DNA of 32,503 nucleotides, taken from Octopus bimaculoides. Taxonomy: Eukaryota. The notes under the pieces were generated by a model, which worked only from the letters and a program-made list of their open reading frames with translations, had not been told where the DNA came from and ran no database searches. This document shows positions 1 to 11,794 of this stretch, piece after piece. Within the stretch, counting starts at the first letter, position 1; every line of letters starts with the position of its first letter. Made by a program: the position numbers and the translations under genes. The stretch is from positions 2,077,063 to 2,109,565 of the forward strand of contig NC_069001.1 of assembly GCF_001194135.2 (NCBI RefSeq), in the 5' to 3' direction.

Positions 1-784
1 ATATATATATACACGCACACACAAACACGTCAGATTAGCTCTGAACACTTGTACACACTTCGACACATACACAAAAGCGTGCAGTCATATCCATACACAC
101 AGAGACAATGTATTTTTGTAATAAAGAACTCGTATGTTCTCAAAGTAAAGTGAGAAAAAGTTTAGCAGTGTTTTTTTTTTTTTGTCTTAAATGATTGAGA
201 AAAACGGGAAAGAATAGCAAAAGAGAATCGCCAAAGTTTACTTAGAAATGTGTTATAAAATCAAGCATAGACGTCTTTGCCAAACAAAAGCAGACATGAA
301 AATGAACAAAGAGTTGTCTAGGCGATTGTTGGCTATGCAAGGGTTAACAGCCAAAGCTTTCTCCATATATATTCTCTTGGAGAATATATCCCTAGATATA
401 CTAATAAAATATCCTAGAAGGGAAACATTATCTGATGTAGCCTTCTTTATTTATGTATCTAGTTATTCATTTATTTATTTATTTTTACGGGAAAAGGTGA
501 TTTTGATGCAATTTTGGCTGCTATTCCTTGTCTGAACGACCATGCAGTGAGTCCGTCTCCTTGGCTTACTGCGTTTTGTTTCTGGTGATTGTTTGGAAAA
601 GTTAACTATGGCTGTTACTCTTTCATCGTTTTTATTTAGGCATATCTCAAACTATTTTATGTGTGTATGAGGGGAAGCTTTCTATTTTAATGTTATTAAT
701 TGTATTTCATTAATTTAATTATGAAGCCCTTCACAAAAAAAAAAAAAAATTAGACATATTTACTGTTGAATAACACATTGTATC

Positions 785-1030
785 TTTCTCACAAAAGGAG
801 TAGCGAGCCTACGTGGAAGCTTCTACGCGGTCTCTAGATCTGCTAGAAATAACAAGTAAACTTGCCAAGATCAAATTCTAGCATTTTTTTAAAAGGTTAC
901 GTTGGATGAGGTGGTCCAGAGTCTTGTGCATGTAGAACAAAACCGAGATAGTCACGGCTGGAAAGCCTTTGATTGGCTATCTGTTTCGATAAGAGCTGAC
1001 CTAGGGCTAAATAACGATTACAGTAACAAC
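785..1030 (+). mobile_element. Interspersed repeat family E (ctgctagaaataac...gtcacggctggaa...gagctgacctagggctaaa-(CAA)n)
   Basis: Related copies at 2360-2560, 7600-7690, 20520-20660 (-) and 20960-21240 (-). Confidence 0.65.
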
Positions 1031-4000
1031 ATTGAGAACCACAACAATGATGACAGTGAATCAATTTGAAAGTTAGAAATAATATTTTTAAATATGCATG
1101 AGAAAAGATCGGAATGGACAGCTACAGGAAAAAGCTAACCTGGGCAACAACAACAACAACGATATATTTGACGAACTAATAAATGTAGACCAAGAATAAA
1201 AAGTGTGGAAATAGATTTCTAAAATAGGTACAAAGGATTTTGTATAGACCTCAGTTATCCTTTGAGGGATTCGAACTTATAACGAATGCATTTGCCCGTC
1301 GTTAGCCTGATTAAGCCAACCCACGGACCTCACTAAAGCAACTATATTAAAAAATATTTTGTAATAATTATGTCTGCCATACAAAAGGGAGACTTCGAAA
1401 CAATCAATTTCTCCAAAACATATAGAAAATGTTTAGAGAAAAAGGCAATATAATGTCTACTATAGATCTATGTTGTGGTTTTAAAAGAATACATTATTAT
1501 TATTATTATTTTTGAAAGGGTGTTTTTTCAAGTTACGTTATGCATTTATTGTAATAAAAACTTCACAAAAACATCTAATTCTCAAAAGTAGGTAGAGTGA
1601 GAGATAGCTTCCATTTTGAAAAACTAACAAACGTGTTGATATTTTATGAATATAATCTCAACAAACATTATTTTACTTTTTAAATATTTCTGCAAGATCG
1701 ATATCTTGTTTCGACCTGTAATGCTCTAATTCTTATCTTTTTCTTGAGCTCGAAGGAACAGCTAAGGCTAAGAAAATTAGCTAAGGTCTTTATTTATTGA
1801 CTCTTTAATGTCTGACTAATATCAAATACTTCCATTTTTGTTGGGTCAGATTTTGCATCGAAGCAATCTTTGGCGCTTTTCTCTTGCATTTATCTCTCGT
1901 TTTCAACCATTTTCTTGGCTATTTAATACAAAGACATATCTATATTGCTTTGCTTTCTTTATTATGTATCATATTTTTCAGAACTCGATTTGTGAAAAGC
2001 GCCTAAGCTAACCTGCCTGATAAAATATAACTATACCCAGTCTTATGCATATATCTTTTGTGTGAGGTGATCGAATGAAAATAAAGCATCATGCCCCTTT
2101 CTCTTCAAAATTTGTCGGTTTTGGTGATGGTAATATGATGTAATATTAATGTGGATACATTATGATGATCATAGAAACTTTGTATACAGACAACAAACAT
2201 CGAATTTAAATGGCCAGAGAGAGAGGGGAGGGGAGGGGCGGTGCATCTGGGAACATGTCATGTACTTTTACTTGAGATGGAAACTGAGGTCATTGACTGA
2301 GTACGATTCTCGACAATAAAGCTTGCGGGGGAATCGATCTGCTCTATTGACCTGCTACAAAAGGACAGCCAAATCTCCCTCAAACTACACCCTTCTGTAT
2401 TCAGACCGTAAAGACAGTAATTTCATAACACAGGCATAGAAACACTGCCCGGAAAAAAACAAAAGATGTTGTGGTCACGGCTGGAACGTCTATGGACATA
2501 AGTTTACTCTTTAAGGGCTGAGTTGGAGATCGAACTAACAATATAATACTCGCAACTGCAATGCTCAAGATTAAACAATATAATGTTTATATTAGAAGGG
2601 AACTTCAAAAGTTACAATGGGTGAATAAGGTTGTGATGTGGTGAGGAGCATGCCTTACCCAGGCACGTTAGCAATATAAGCAAAAGTGAAATAGTCAGGA
2701 TTGGGAAATGAAATTTAACTGACGAACTCGGTATGCCATTAAAAGTTTCTGCCCAACGTATGATTCGGTTTGATGCGACATTTCGTTGTGGCAGTTAATG
2801 TTCCGAGTTCAAATTCCGCCGAGGTCAATTTTACTTCTTCATATTTCTGGGGTCGATAAAAGAAAGTACCAGGTAAAATCTGGTGTTGATTTATATTTTA
2901 ATAGAAGAAGACCCTTCAGAAGAATAAAACAGCAAAATCACCAGCCTCGGCGTGATTTGAACTCAGAACGTAAATTAAGAAACAAAATATAGTCAGTACT
3001 TCGTGATGTGTGTGTGTGTGAGGGGAATTAGAGGAAAGAAGACGGGTGGAAGGTAAGCAGACATTTCAATACTTGTACACGAACCCTCTCATATACAGGT
3101 ATTCACTCAACATACGTATACATACATACATACACATGCACATACACAACACTGACACCAAGTCCTACTTATAATCACTGAAGCGCGCAAACACATACAA
3201 CATTCAATACTTACATACCGAGATACACGCATAAACACAAAAGCGTGCAGATACACACACACAGAATGTGTGTGTAAGAAAGAGTTTGTGTGTGTGTGTG
3301 TGTGTGTGTGTATAGGCGTGTCAGATAACCAAAGGTTTGTGCTCAGTATGTATATATACATATACGTATGTATATATGTATAGATGTGTATGTGTGTATA
3401 TGTTCATATATATATATATATTTATATAAGGTTCCCAACCAACAAGAATCAGGAGTCGGCTTCGTATAAATAAAAAAATAAGCCAGATCTTAATTGTTAG
3501 CCAGGAAACAACTGATGTGTGACCTGCTGTGGTATGACACGAATTTCACAAAAACATACACAACAATGTTTGCTTGGGTTACTTCATGTTTTCGTTAAGC
3601 CACAAATATTTATAAACAGGTTGCTGGTGTTTTTCTTTAAATATTTCTCCAACTTTCTTGTTTACGACTAAGTTTGGCTTTAATTACATGGAACCCAATT
3701 AATAAAGGATCGTGATATTTGCTTGGAGTATCTAGCGGTTAGGGTTCGAACCCTCGCTGCAAAAGCAATTTCGAATACCCGAAAACTACATATATATATA
3801 CTCTTTTTTCCACCTTGTTGCACATTGTGCTTACTCCGGTATATATATATATAAAAACAAATAGTAAATGAGTATATGCATATATACGTACAGGTATGTG
3901 CATACCGACATCCACCTGTATGTATAGGTGCATATCTGGGTACAGGACATTGCAAACAAACGTAGACGAGAACACACGAGCCACATAGAGAACATCTCCT

Positions 4001-4445
4001 TCATCAGCCACCCACGTTTTAACACCGGCGTTTCGACGAGCTTGGGCAGGACGCATCGCTAAAACGGCTCGTCCCATGGATCGCAGATTAAATTTGTATA
4101 CGCAAATTAAATCTAGCCATGGAGAAATGTAGTGGCGATGGGAGAATATACAAATAATNNNNNNNNNNNNNNNNNNNNNNNNNNNNNNNNNNNNNNNNNN
4201 NNNNNNNNNNNNNNNNNNNNNNNNNNNNNNNNNNNNNNNNNNNNNNNNNNNNNNNNNNNNNNNNNNNNNNNNNNNNNNNNNNNNNNNNNNNNNNNNNNNN
4301 NNNNNNNNNNNNNNNNNNNNNNNNNNNNNNNNNNNNNNNNNNNNNNNNNNNNNNNNNNNNNNNNNNNNNNNNNNNNNNNNNNNNNNNNNNNNNNNNNNNN
4401 NNNNNNNNNNNNNNNNNNNNNNNNNNNNNNNNNNNNNNNNNNNNN

Positions 4446-4476
<31 letters not shown>

Positions 4477-6299
4477 AATAACTTTCTTTGATTTGATCAA
4501 GATTACCTCCTATGATTCTTTTAAGTGCCCAGTTAAAGTAGAGAGGGGTGACCTAGTCTTTTATGATGATAATATACAGAAACCTATAACATACACTTAT
4601 ATACACACACACATATACACATACACACTGGTGCCCGGGCGTACTGCATGTTTCACGTGAAAATACCAATTTTGTAGAGTGTCATTAAATAACGAACGTT
4701 GAATGTAGGTTTTGCTTGTCATTTTAACAAACATTCTGAAAATTCGTGGAGGGTGATGTGTGATGAGGCATGAAAACTTCTGTGAAACATTGCTAAAAAA
4801 TAAATAAAAACCTCGTCTCGCTTTGTTGGCAGCTGCCGCGCGCGCACACAACATACATGTAATTACATATATAAACAAATACACGAATACATACATACAC
4901 GTTTACACTTACATGCACGCGCACACACGCACACACATGCATATATATACTTACATCTACGTACATACAAATATAGGCGATCTTTCGTGACAGAAAAAGG
5001 ACTCGTAACGAAAGATCGCCCAAATATATATACACACTGCTCTCACACACACAAACAAACACATACATACATACATTTAGGTTAGAAACCGGCTCTTTAT
5101 TGGCATGAAATCTTGAAATACACCTAACAGCATACATACATATACACACGTACATATATACGCTCACTCACGCACGCGCGCACTATTATGTTCTGAATTC
5201 AAATGCCGCCCAGGTAGACTTTATGGCTTTATCCTTCATTCTTCTGGCAGAATTGGCTGGAGATCGATCAAATATAATTCTAATCAGTCACCCAATTTCA
5301 TTTATACTCCTCTATAGAAGACGCGAACAGAATTATAATGGAATACATTGCGAAAAGATAAGAAACGCAGCCGCACTTGAATGTGTACGCACAGAATCGG
5401 TAACATGTACTTTAACGTATGATTGAATAAATTATAATAATCTTGTAATGCTTGGAACCTACGATCACAGAGATCCAACCGTGCCCATCTCATTTCTCTT
5501 CTTTTTGTCGTTTGGTTATCTATAAGAGATGGATAGAATAAGCGCAAGGCTTGAAAAAAAATTTTTTTTTTTTTTAATAAAACTGCGGGCGATTCGTTCG
5601 AATAAAACTCTTCAAGGTGGTGCCACAGTCCAATGACACATTATCCCATTCGTATTTGACGGGCATTTAGCTGCGATTTCTAGCAGAGCGAGCGAGCAAG
5701 TGATTTAAAGTAAAAACGAGCGTGTTGACTCGAATGGGGAATGTCAAGGACTAATTCGATTTTGCTCACGGGAAATCGATTCTCTGACATGGGTTTCGAT
5801 ACCTGATAGAAGCTCAAAGCTAAATACTCTTCTCCTGCGTGTTCTTGTTGAATGGAAAGGGCCTCAGAAATCATCAGAAACAAAATACGCTTTAACTTCC
5901 TACAATTTCCGTAAATTAACCCAGTGATACCCCGGAGTTTTTGAAAGGGTGCTTGTTATGAAAGAAAAATCTTTAAATATCAAACTTTTACAACAAGCCA
6001 CTGAAATGCTAATTTCAAAAATAAGATTTGATTTCGGAAATAATGTTTCTTATAAACGAATTTAAAGACAAGTATAACGATTAGAAAAGAAAATTTTGTT
6101 TTTCGGTTGATAAATCTGAATGCATGACAATTACAGAAAAGAAAATATCTTAATCAGTTGGAAATGTAATCTCACATATTGCGCTTTTTTTACGGGTAGT
6201 TCTGAAGTCGAAAAACTTCACGGATATCGTGTTAAGGGCCAGAGAGAGACAGAGAAAGAAGGTGAGAGACAGAAATAAAAAAAAAAAATATGTATTTAC

Positions 6300-7330
6300 C
6301 ATATATTTCTCGCTGATACGGCTCATGATTTTGTCGTTTTGTAATTTCACCGGTTGGCTGCTAAGTTTTCTTTGAGACATGAACCTGCCAAGAAGTTGCG
6401 TGAAGCGCAGGACATGACGGGGTATTACAGGTGACTGCATGATAAGGGTACAAGCCTGGATGGCCAAAAGACCCCCTTTTTTTTTCTAAATTCACCGGGG
6501 TTTTTTTTCCTTTCTTTTGGAAAGGACTTACTCCTTAGTTTCTTTTTTTCTTTTTGCTCAAGGGTACAACATAGAGCAATAATTACATTTAGAAAAAGAG
6601 TGGATATTGTTGCTTAAACTTTAGCAACCGCAACGAAAAATATTAACGAATATTCAATGAATAAACAAATCCCAGATTTGCCCAGCCAAATATAACCTCC
6701 TCCTTTAGAGGAGAGAAGCTGAAAAGTGTCTGTTAATGTGTGTGTATATATAAATATATATATAGATATGTATATAAGTATACACGCTCACATACATACA
6801 AACATATACATCATATATATATATGTGTCTGGATGTGTGTTTGTATGTATGAGTAGCTATCAGAGAGAATTGTGTATATATATGTTTACATGAAAATACA
6901 TACGTGCATACATGTGTGTGTATGTGTATATATATATATATATAGAGAGAGAGAGATATTACAAGAACTCAAGTATTGTTGATGTTGCTACCACGATTGC
7001 GGCTGCGGCTGCGGCTGCTAAAAGTGCGCGAAGCTTCGTTCGTCCTACTTTTGCAGTATTATGCATAACACATAACCGTGTCTGACGGTGGCGAGGGCAG
7101 GCGGTGTCGGGAATGGTTGTGGTGGTGGTGGTGGAGCAGTATGACGACGATGGTGGTGGTAGTGTTGGTGGTGGCGGTGGCGAAGAACGAAGGTGAGAGT
7201 ATGAGAAGAGAGTAAGGGAGGTGGGAAGTTCATCCCCCTCCACCATCACAATCACAACCACCATCATCTCATACAAGAAGTTCCCGATTGGCCGTTGCTT
7301 TAACATCTCCTCCCTCCCATATCGTTTTTA
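6300..7330 (-). other. Possible 5' end (promoter and leader exons) of an unidentified minus-strand gene
   Basis: CCAAT box (gattggcc near 7287-7294), a GC-rich (CAC)n/(GCAGCC)n leader, and candidate donors at 6963/6962 and 6300/6299 (ATG|GTAAAT). No recognisable domain. Confidence 0.3.
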
Positions 7331-7900
7331 ACCTCCTCCTCCTCATATGTCCCCTCTCACTACGATGAAGTATTGTAGTTTTTTTCTTTTTCTTTTGTAC
7401 TTTTTTTGTTTGCAAGTTCCCATAATTGTTGAATACACGCGTAGAATAAAGCATAGAGGTATATATAGGAAGCTAATGTGGGTAGCCTCTGTATGAACGG
7501 TTGATCTGCTAAGAGCAGCAACCAAATTCCTCTCAAACCACACCTTCACCATTTTTGGAGAAGGGACAGAATGGTGGATGCATTGCTTCTAAAATAAGAT
7601 GTAATGGTAATGACTGGAACGCTTTAGTCGTAGATCTGCACGACCAGAGCTGAACGGTAGGTTATAGAACAACAACAACAGCAACACATACAGTGGTGAA
7701 TCGATCCCGGTGCGCACCGGGTTGTACGAACCGGTTAACGTAAGTTTCATGGAGCTGCTCGGTAGAGTCCTGATGTTGGTCTCGTCAGAGTCAACTGACT
7801 CTGCCTTCTCTATTCAGTTGGCCATTTAATGGTTTGATGTGAAAACCAATCCCCGGTAATTTCTGGGAAAATATTCTATATTTTCTTCGCGTCGTATATC

Positions 7901-8083
7901 CATGCCCGTCGCTAAGGGATGCACTGGACAGCGCTGCCCCCCCCCCTTCACTTTTCAATGGTACACCCTCGGGTTTACAGTGAAACATTTATTTCGAAAC
8001 ACCACTTTAACATTATTACAAATTAGTACCCACCCAGGATATCCTGAAGCACTTCCAGGCACCAAAATCTGGCGACGGGCCTC
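7901..8083. mobile_element. Degenerate hAT-like MITE
   Basis: TIR-like ends CATGCCCGTCGCTA and tggcgacgggcctc; no TSD found. Confidence 0.45.
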
Positions 8084-8265
8084 AGCAGGCGCGGTCCCAG
8101 AAATTTCTCAAAGGGAGGGCACAAGATCTGAAGGGAATACAACTCCAGGAGAAAAGGGCGTGCACTTCTTTGGTAACACATCCGATCTAGAACAAGGGTG
8201 CACTTCTTTTCTTGAGGGGGGAACGTGCCCCTCAGCCCCTCATCACCCTGGGTCCGTCCCTACTG
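8083..8265. mobile_element. Second degenerate hAT-like MITE abutting the first
   Basis: Left end cagcaggcgcggtcccag versus reverse complement of the right end cagtagggacggacccag (14/18); no TSD. Confidence 0.45.
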
Positions 8266-8981
8266 AGTATGTACCTAATCCATTCTTTCTCGTAACTTAG
8301 TTGTTCAGCAAAAGACATCGATAGAATAAATAACAGGCTTTAAAAAGAAAATCACTGGGGTCGATTTGTTCGACTAAAATTCTTCAGAACGGTGCCCCAG
8401 CATGGCCACAGTCTAAATAGGCCGAAACAAGTAAAAGATAAACGGTAATAGATATCAGATATCTATGGATGCATGCGAACCTCGGCTGAACATTTAAGTT
8501 CGTCTGAGATATTTAATGACTGGGACAGCAAAACATCTCAACAATTAGTTGGTGCTATGACTATGCAAATTAAACGAACAGAAATGTCGTATTGGCTAAT
8601 ACGACATTCATATTAGCCAATGTCGGGATATTTATCACTGCTGTTAATGTAAATATGTAATCTTTTGGAACGCTGCAATTGAACTAATATGGAAAAATTT
8701 GCGTTCACTTAATACCATAGAAAAATTATGAGCAATGTCGGTTTTCATCCATCTATGGAGCTATTGTTGAATGAGACCGAGGTGAAATATATCTCAGAAA
8801 TCTCGGTTGTCTTCTAGATTTTGAATGCCCTGTAAACCCTATTAATATTTGCTGTTAGATAATTAAAAGCAACAGGTGAAATTTGTGATGAAATCTGCAT
8901 CACATTCTTTGCGACATTGAATCTATTGCAAATCACATAAGAAATTCACTTGAGAAGACATTCACAACGAACTGTCTAAAT

Positions 8982-9494
8982 CAGGGGTTACCAAACTTTT
9001 TTCACGGAGGGTCAGATAACTGAGAGAATGACGAGCGTGGGCCTCATGACCATTTTGTTCAATGCAATACAGTGAATACACAAACAATAAAGACAACCAA
9101 CATATTTATTTACCAAAAAGTTATCAAAGCCGGTGATGTTAGCAATAAGATAATTTTATCACACCCAGTGTACACATATCTGAATCTCACAAACTAAGAG
9201 CAAAAAAGGTTTGGTGAGATTGGTGAAACTGGTGTTTAGCTTTTAAGATATCATCAATATTCGCTTTGGAATTGCTGAATCCAATCAAGAGAATTGTTTT
9301 CAACTGTTCATAAGTCAACCTCGTTCGATGCGCTGACTTCACATTCTCCATTATTGAAACTGTTTGTTCACAGACATAAGTTGTTCCAAACGCTGATGCT
9401 ATACCAGAAGCAAATGCAGGTACTTACACAGAAGGTACAGAGCAGCGACGGGCTGGATGAACTGACGTCGCGGGCCGTAGTCTCGTGAGTCCTG
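8982..9494 (-). mobile_element. Non-autonomous hAT (Buster/Charlie-type) deletion derivative, 513 bp
   Basis: Identical 8-bp TSD GTCTAAAT at 8974-8981 and 9495-9502, and imperfect TIRs CAGGGGTTACCAAACT / CAGGACTCACGAGACT. Contains a transposase remnant. Confidence 0.88.
9187..9423 (-). pseudogene. hAT transposase C-terminal dimerisation-domain relic
   Basis: Manual translation: FASGIASAFGTTYVCEQTVSIMENVKSAHRTRLTYEQLKTILLIGFSNSKANIDDILKAKHQFHQSH. This matches the FGSTYxCE..S.M...K...RxRL...L pattern of Buster/SPIN/GTF2IRD2-like transposases. Confidence 0.85.
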
Positions 9495-10000
9495 GTCTAA
9501 ATCAATGCATTTATTGTGTAGTTTTCAAATTGGTACCGTCCTCACTATGAATACTCCTCTCTCGAAGCATCCTACCACATGCGTGCCTCTCTCTCTCTCT
9601 CTCTCTCTCATCTACAATTTCGGAGAAAGCAAAGGACAGACAGATAGAAAGATTGAAGAGAGAATGAAGATGGAAAGCAGAGCGTTTACTTCACAAAAAC
9701 GTATTGCATGAGGTTTCTTTAATTCATACAAACACTCAATCTTTTACTTGTTTCACTCATTGGACCACGGCCATGCTGGGGTACCACCTTGGAGGGTTCA
9801 GTCGAGCAAATTGACCACAATACATATTTCTTAAGTCTGGTACTTATACTATCGGTATCTTATGCCGAACTGCTAAGTTCAGTTCTCAAGCAGCGAGGCG
9901 GAACAAACACAAACCGAAAAACACAGATGCATGCACGCATGTACGCGCGCGCGCGTGCACACACACACACACATATATATATAAACTAGCAGTCATCCGT

Positions 10001-10488
10001 TGGCGAAATTTTTTTGTCCACTGGAGTTCCGGACGCCAGTTATGAACTCATTTGCATACAGCCAATCAGAGCTCAGCAATCAAACTAATTTATGAGCGGC
10101 GCATAACAGGTGATGGGCGATAAGATACGGTCACTTGGGTAAGGAATGACCATTGTTCCTTTTCTCTTTTGATAATGCTTGTTGTTCTTGTTCTTGTTTC
10201 AACCATGGCTGCCTCTGCGTAGTTATTTGTTCCCATCCACATTTTTACCGTATGGGACCCTAACAAAATCCGATAATAGGTATAGATGCAAATCTATCGA
10301 ATTACTTGTCTCCTTCTAAAATCAGGCTTAACTTGGCCCTCGGTCGACTTAAAACACCATTCTTCGTCTTGAGTTTACTTGGTAGAGTGTGTTGTTAACT
10401 TGACAAGGTCAAGGTGAGCTCTGATTAGCTGTATACAAATGAGTTCATTAGTGGGATTTGGAACTCTCGTGGGGAAAAAATTTCGCCA
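10001..10488. mobile_element. MITE-like element with ~75-bp imperfect TIRs
   Basis: 10001-10075 is the imperfect reverse complement of 10415-10488 (tggcgaaattttt...atgaactcatttgcatacagccaatcagagctca). No TSD resolved. Confidence 0.7.
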
Positions 10489-11037
10489 CCCAGCCTTTGA
10501 CCCGGTCTGTACTGTAATCCCTTTCTCCTTTCCAACCAAGAGCTATGCTCGAAACGTCAAGCTCTCTCTTTTTACCGAGCGTCAGGCTAATACATTTCTT
10601 GTGCACCTCCTCTTGTNNNNNNNNNNNNNNNNNNNNNNNNNNNNNNNNNNNNNNNNNNNNNNNNNNNNNNNNNNNNNNNNNNNNNNNNNNNNNNNNNNNN
10701 NNNNNNNNNNNNNNNNNNNNNNNNNNNNNNNNNNNNNNNNNNNNNNNNNNNNNNNNNNNNNNNNNNNNNNNNNNNNNNNNNNNNNNNNNNNNNNNNNNNN
10801 NNNNNNNNNNNNNNNNNNNNNNNNNNNNNNNNNNNNNNNNNNNNNNNNNNNNNNNNNNNNNNNNNNNNNNNNNNNNNNNNNNNNNNNNNNNNNNNNNNNN
10901 NNNNNNNNNNNNNNNNNNNNNNNNNNNNNNNNNNNNNNNNNNNNNNNNNNNNNNNNNNNNNNNNNNNNNNNNNNNNNNNNNNNNNNNNNNNNNNNGGAAC
11001 ATTTGTGGCTTTTTATTCATCAATATAAGAAATTGAC

Positions 11038-11416
11038 AGGCGACGAGCTGGCAGAAACGTTCTGAGTTCAAATTCCGCCGAGGTCGACATTGCCTTTCAT
11101 CGTTTCGGGGTCGATAAATTAAGTACCAGTTACGCACAGGGGTCGATGTAATCGACTTAATCCCTTTGTCTGTCCCCTCTATGTTTAGCCCCTTGTGGGC
11201 AATAAAGAAATAAGAAACGTTAGCACGCTGAGCAAAGTTTTTAGCAGTATTTCGTCTGTTTTTACGTTCTGAGTTCAAATTTGGCCGAGGTCAACTTTGC
11301 CTTTCATCCTTTTAGGGTCGATAAATTAAGTACAAGTTGCGTACTGGGGTCGATCTAATCGACTGCCCCCTACCAAAATAAAATTTCAGGCTTTGTGCCT
11401 AGAGCAGAAAAGAATA
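11038..11416 (+). mobile_element. Dimeric tRNA-related SINE, family C (gttctgagttcaaattccgccgaggtcgac core)
   Basis: Two tandem monomers with a B-box-like GAGTTCAAAT. Related fragments at 2798-2892, 24378-24550 and 27822-27900 (-). Confidence 0.8.
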
Positions 11417-11479
11417 TAAGAAACTGTCCTTGGCAGCCAAACAGAAAAGATCCACTTTTTGCATAGCCTTACATTTCTT

Positions 11480-11794
11480 CGTGAGGAACGTCATGGAATA
11501 TCTCACTTTCCTTCCTTCCTTCCGCCTTTCTTTACATTTAAAATAGTCTCCACGAACCCCATATAAGGCTTGTCATTGCTACCAACGTACATGTGCGAAC
11601 GAACGTCCCATACCGACATAGCGCATTCATGTCTCTATTCCTAATCAATTTTCAGTACTTACGTGCTTCCATAATATAATGAGTGAGATCAACGTCCGAC
11701 TTGTCTACCCGTTCTTTCTCTATTAGTGCCAACCACACTCGAACGCCGTTAGGAACGTCACTTCCTGTTCCATATTATTTCTTAATACCCGACT
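11480..11794 (+). promoter_or_regulatory. Putative HSD17B8 proximal promoter / 5' UTR
   Basis: CpG-retaining unique sequence just upstream of the ATG. ETS-like CACTTCCTG at 11759-11767 abuts an ACGTCA half-CRE, and AACGTC occurs four times. Confidence 0.45.

Noticed and set aside
3721-3767. tRNA-like string (TCTAGCGGTTAGG + GGTTCGAACCC)
   Set aside because: A- and B-box-like motifs abut with no anticodon arm, and the acceptor stem is poor. At most a deleted tRNA/SINE relic, not a tRNA gene.
3739-4500. Long ORFs spanning N runs (also 10439-11278, 12168-12902, 28928-29283)
   Set aside because: Their length comes from X residues in assembly gaps.
4507-4552. Possible minus-strand micro-exon VTPLYFNWALKRIIG
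   Set aside because: The GTAAT donor is plausible, but the acceptor lacks a pyrimidine tract and the peptide is unrecognised.
6959-7306. 115-aa Pro/Thr/Ala-rich ORF
   Set aside because: Translation of (CAC)n/(GCAGCC)n simple repeats with no domain; more likely leader sequence.
7902-8300. 132-aa ORF
   Set aside because: Runs across two MITE-like elements; no protein motif.
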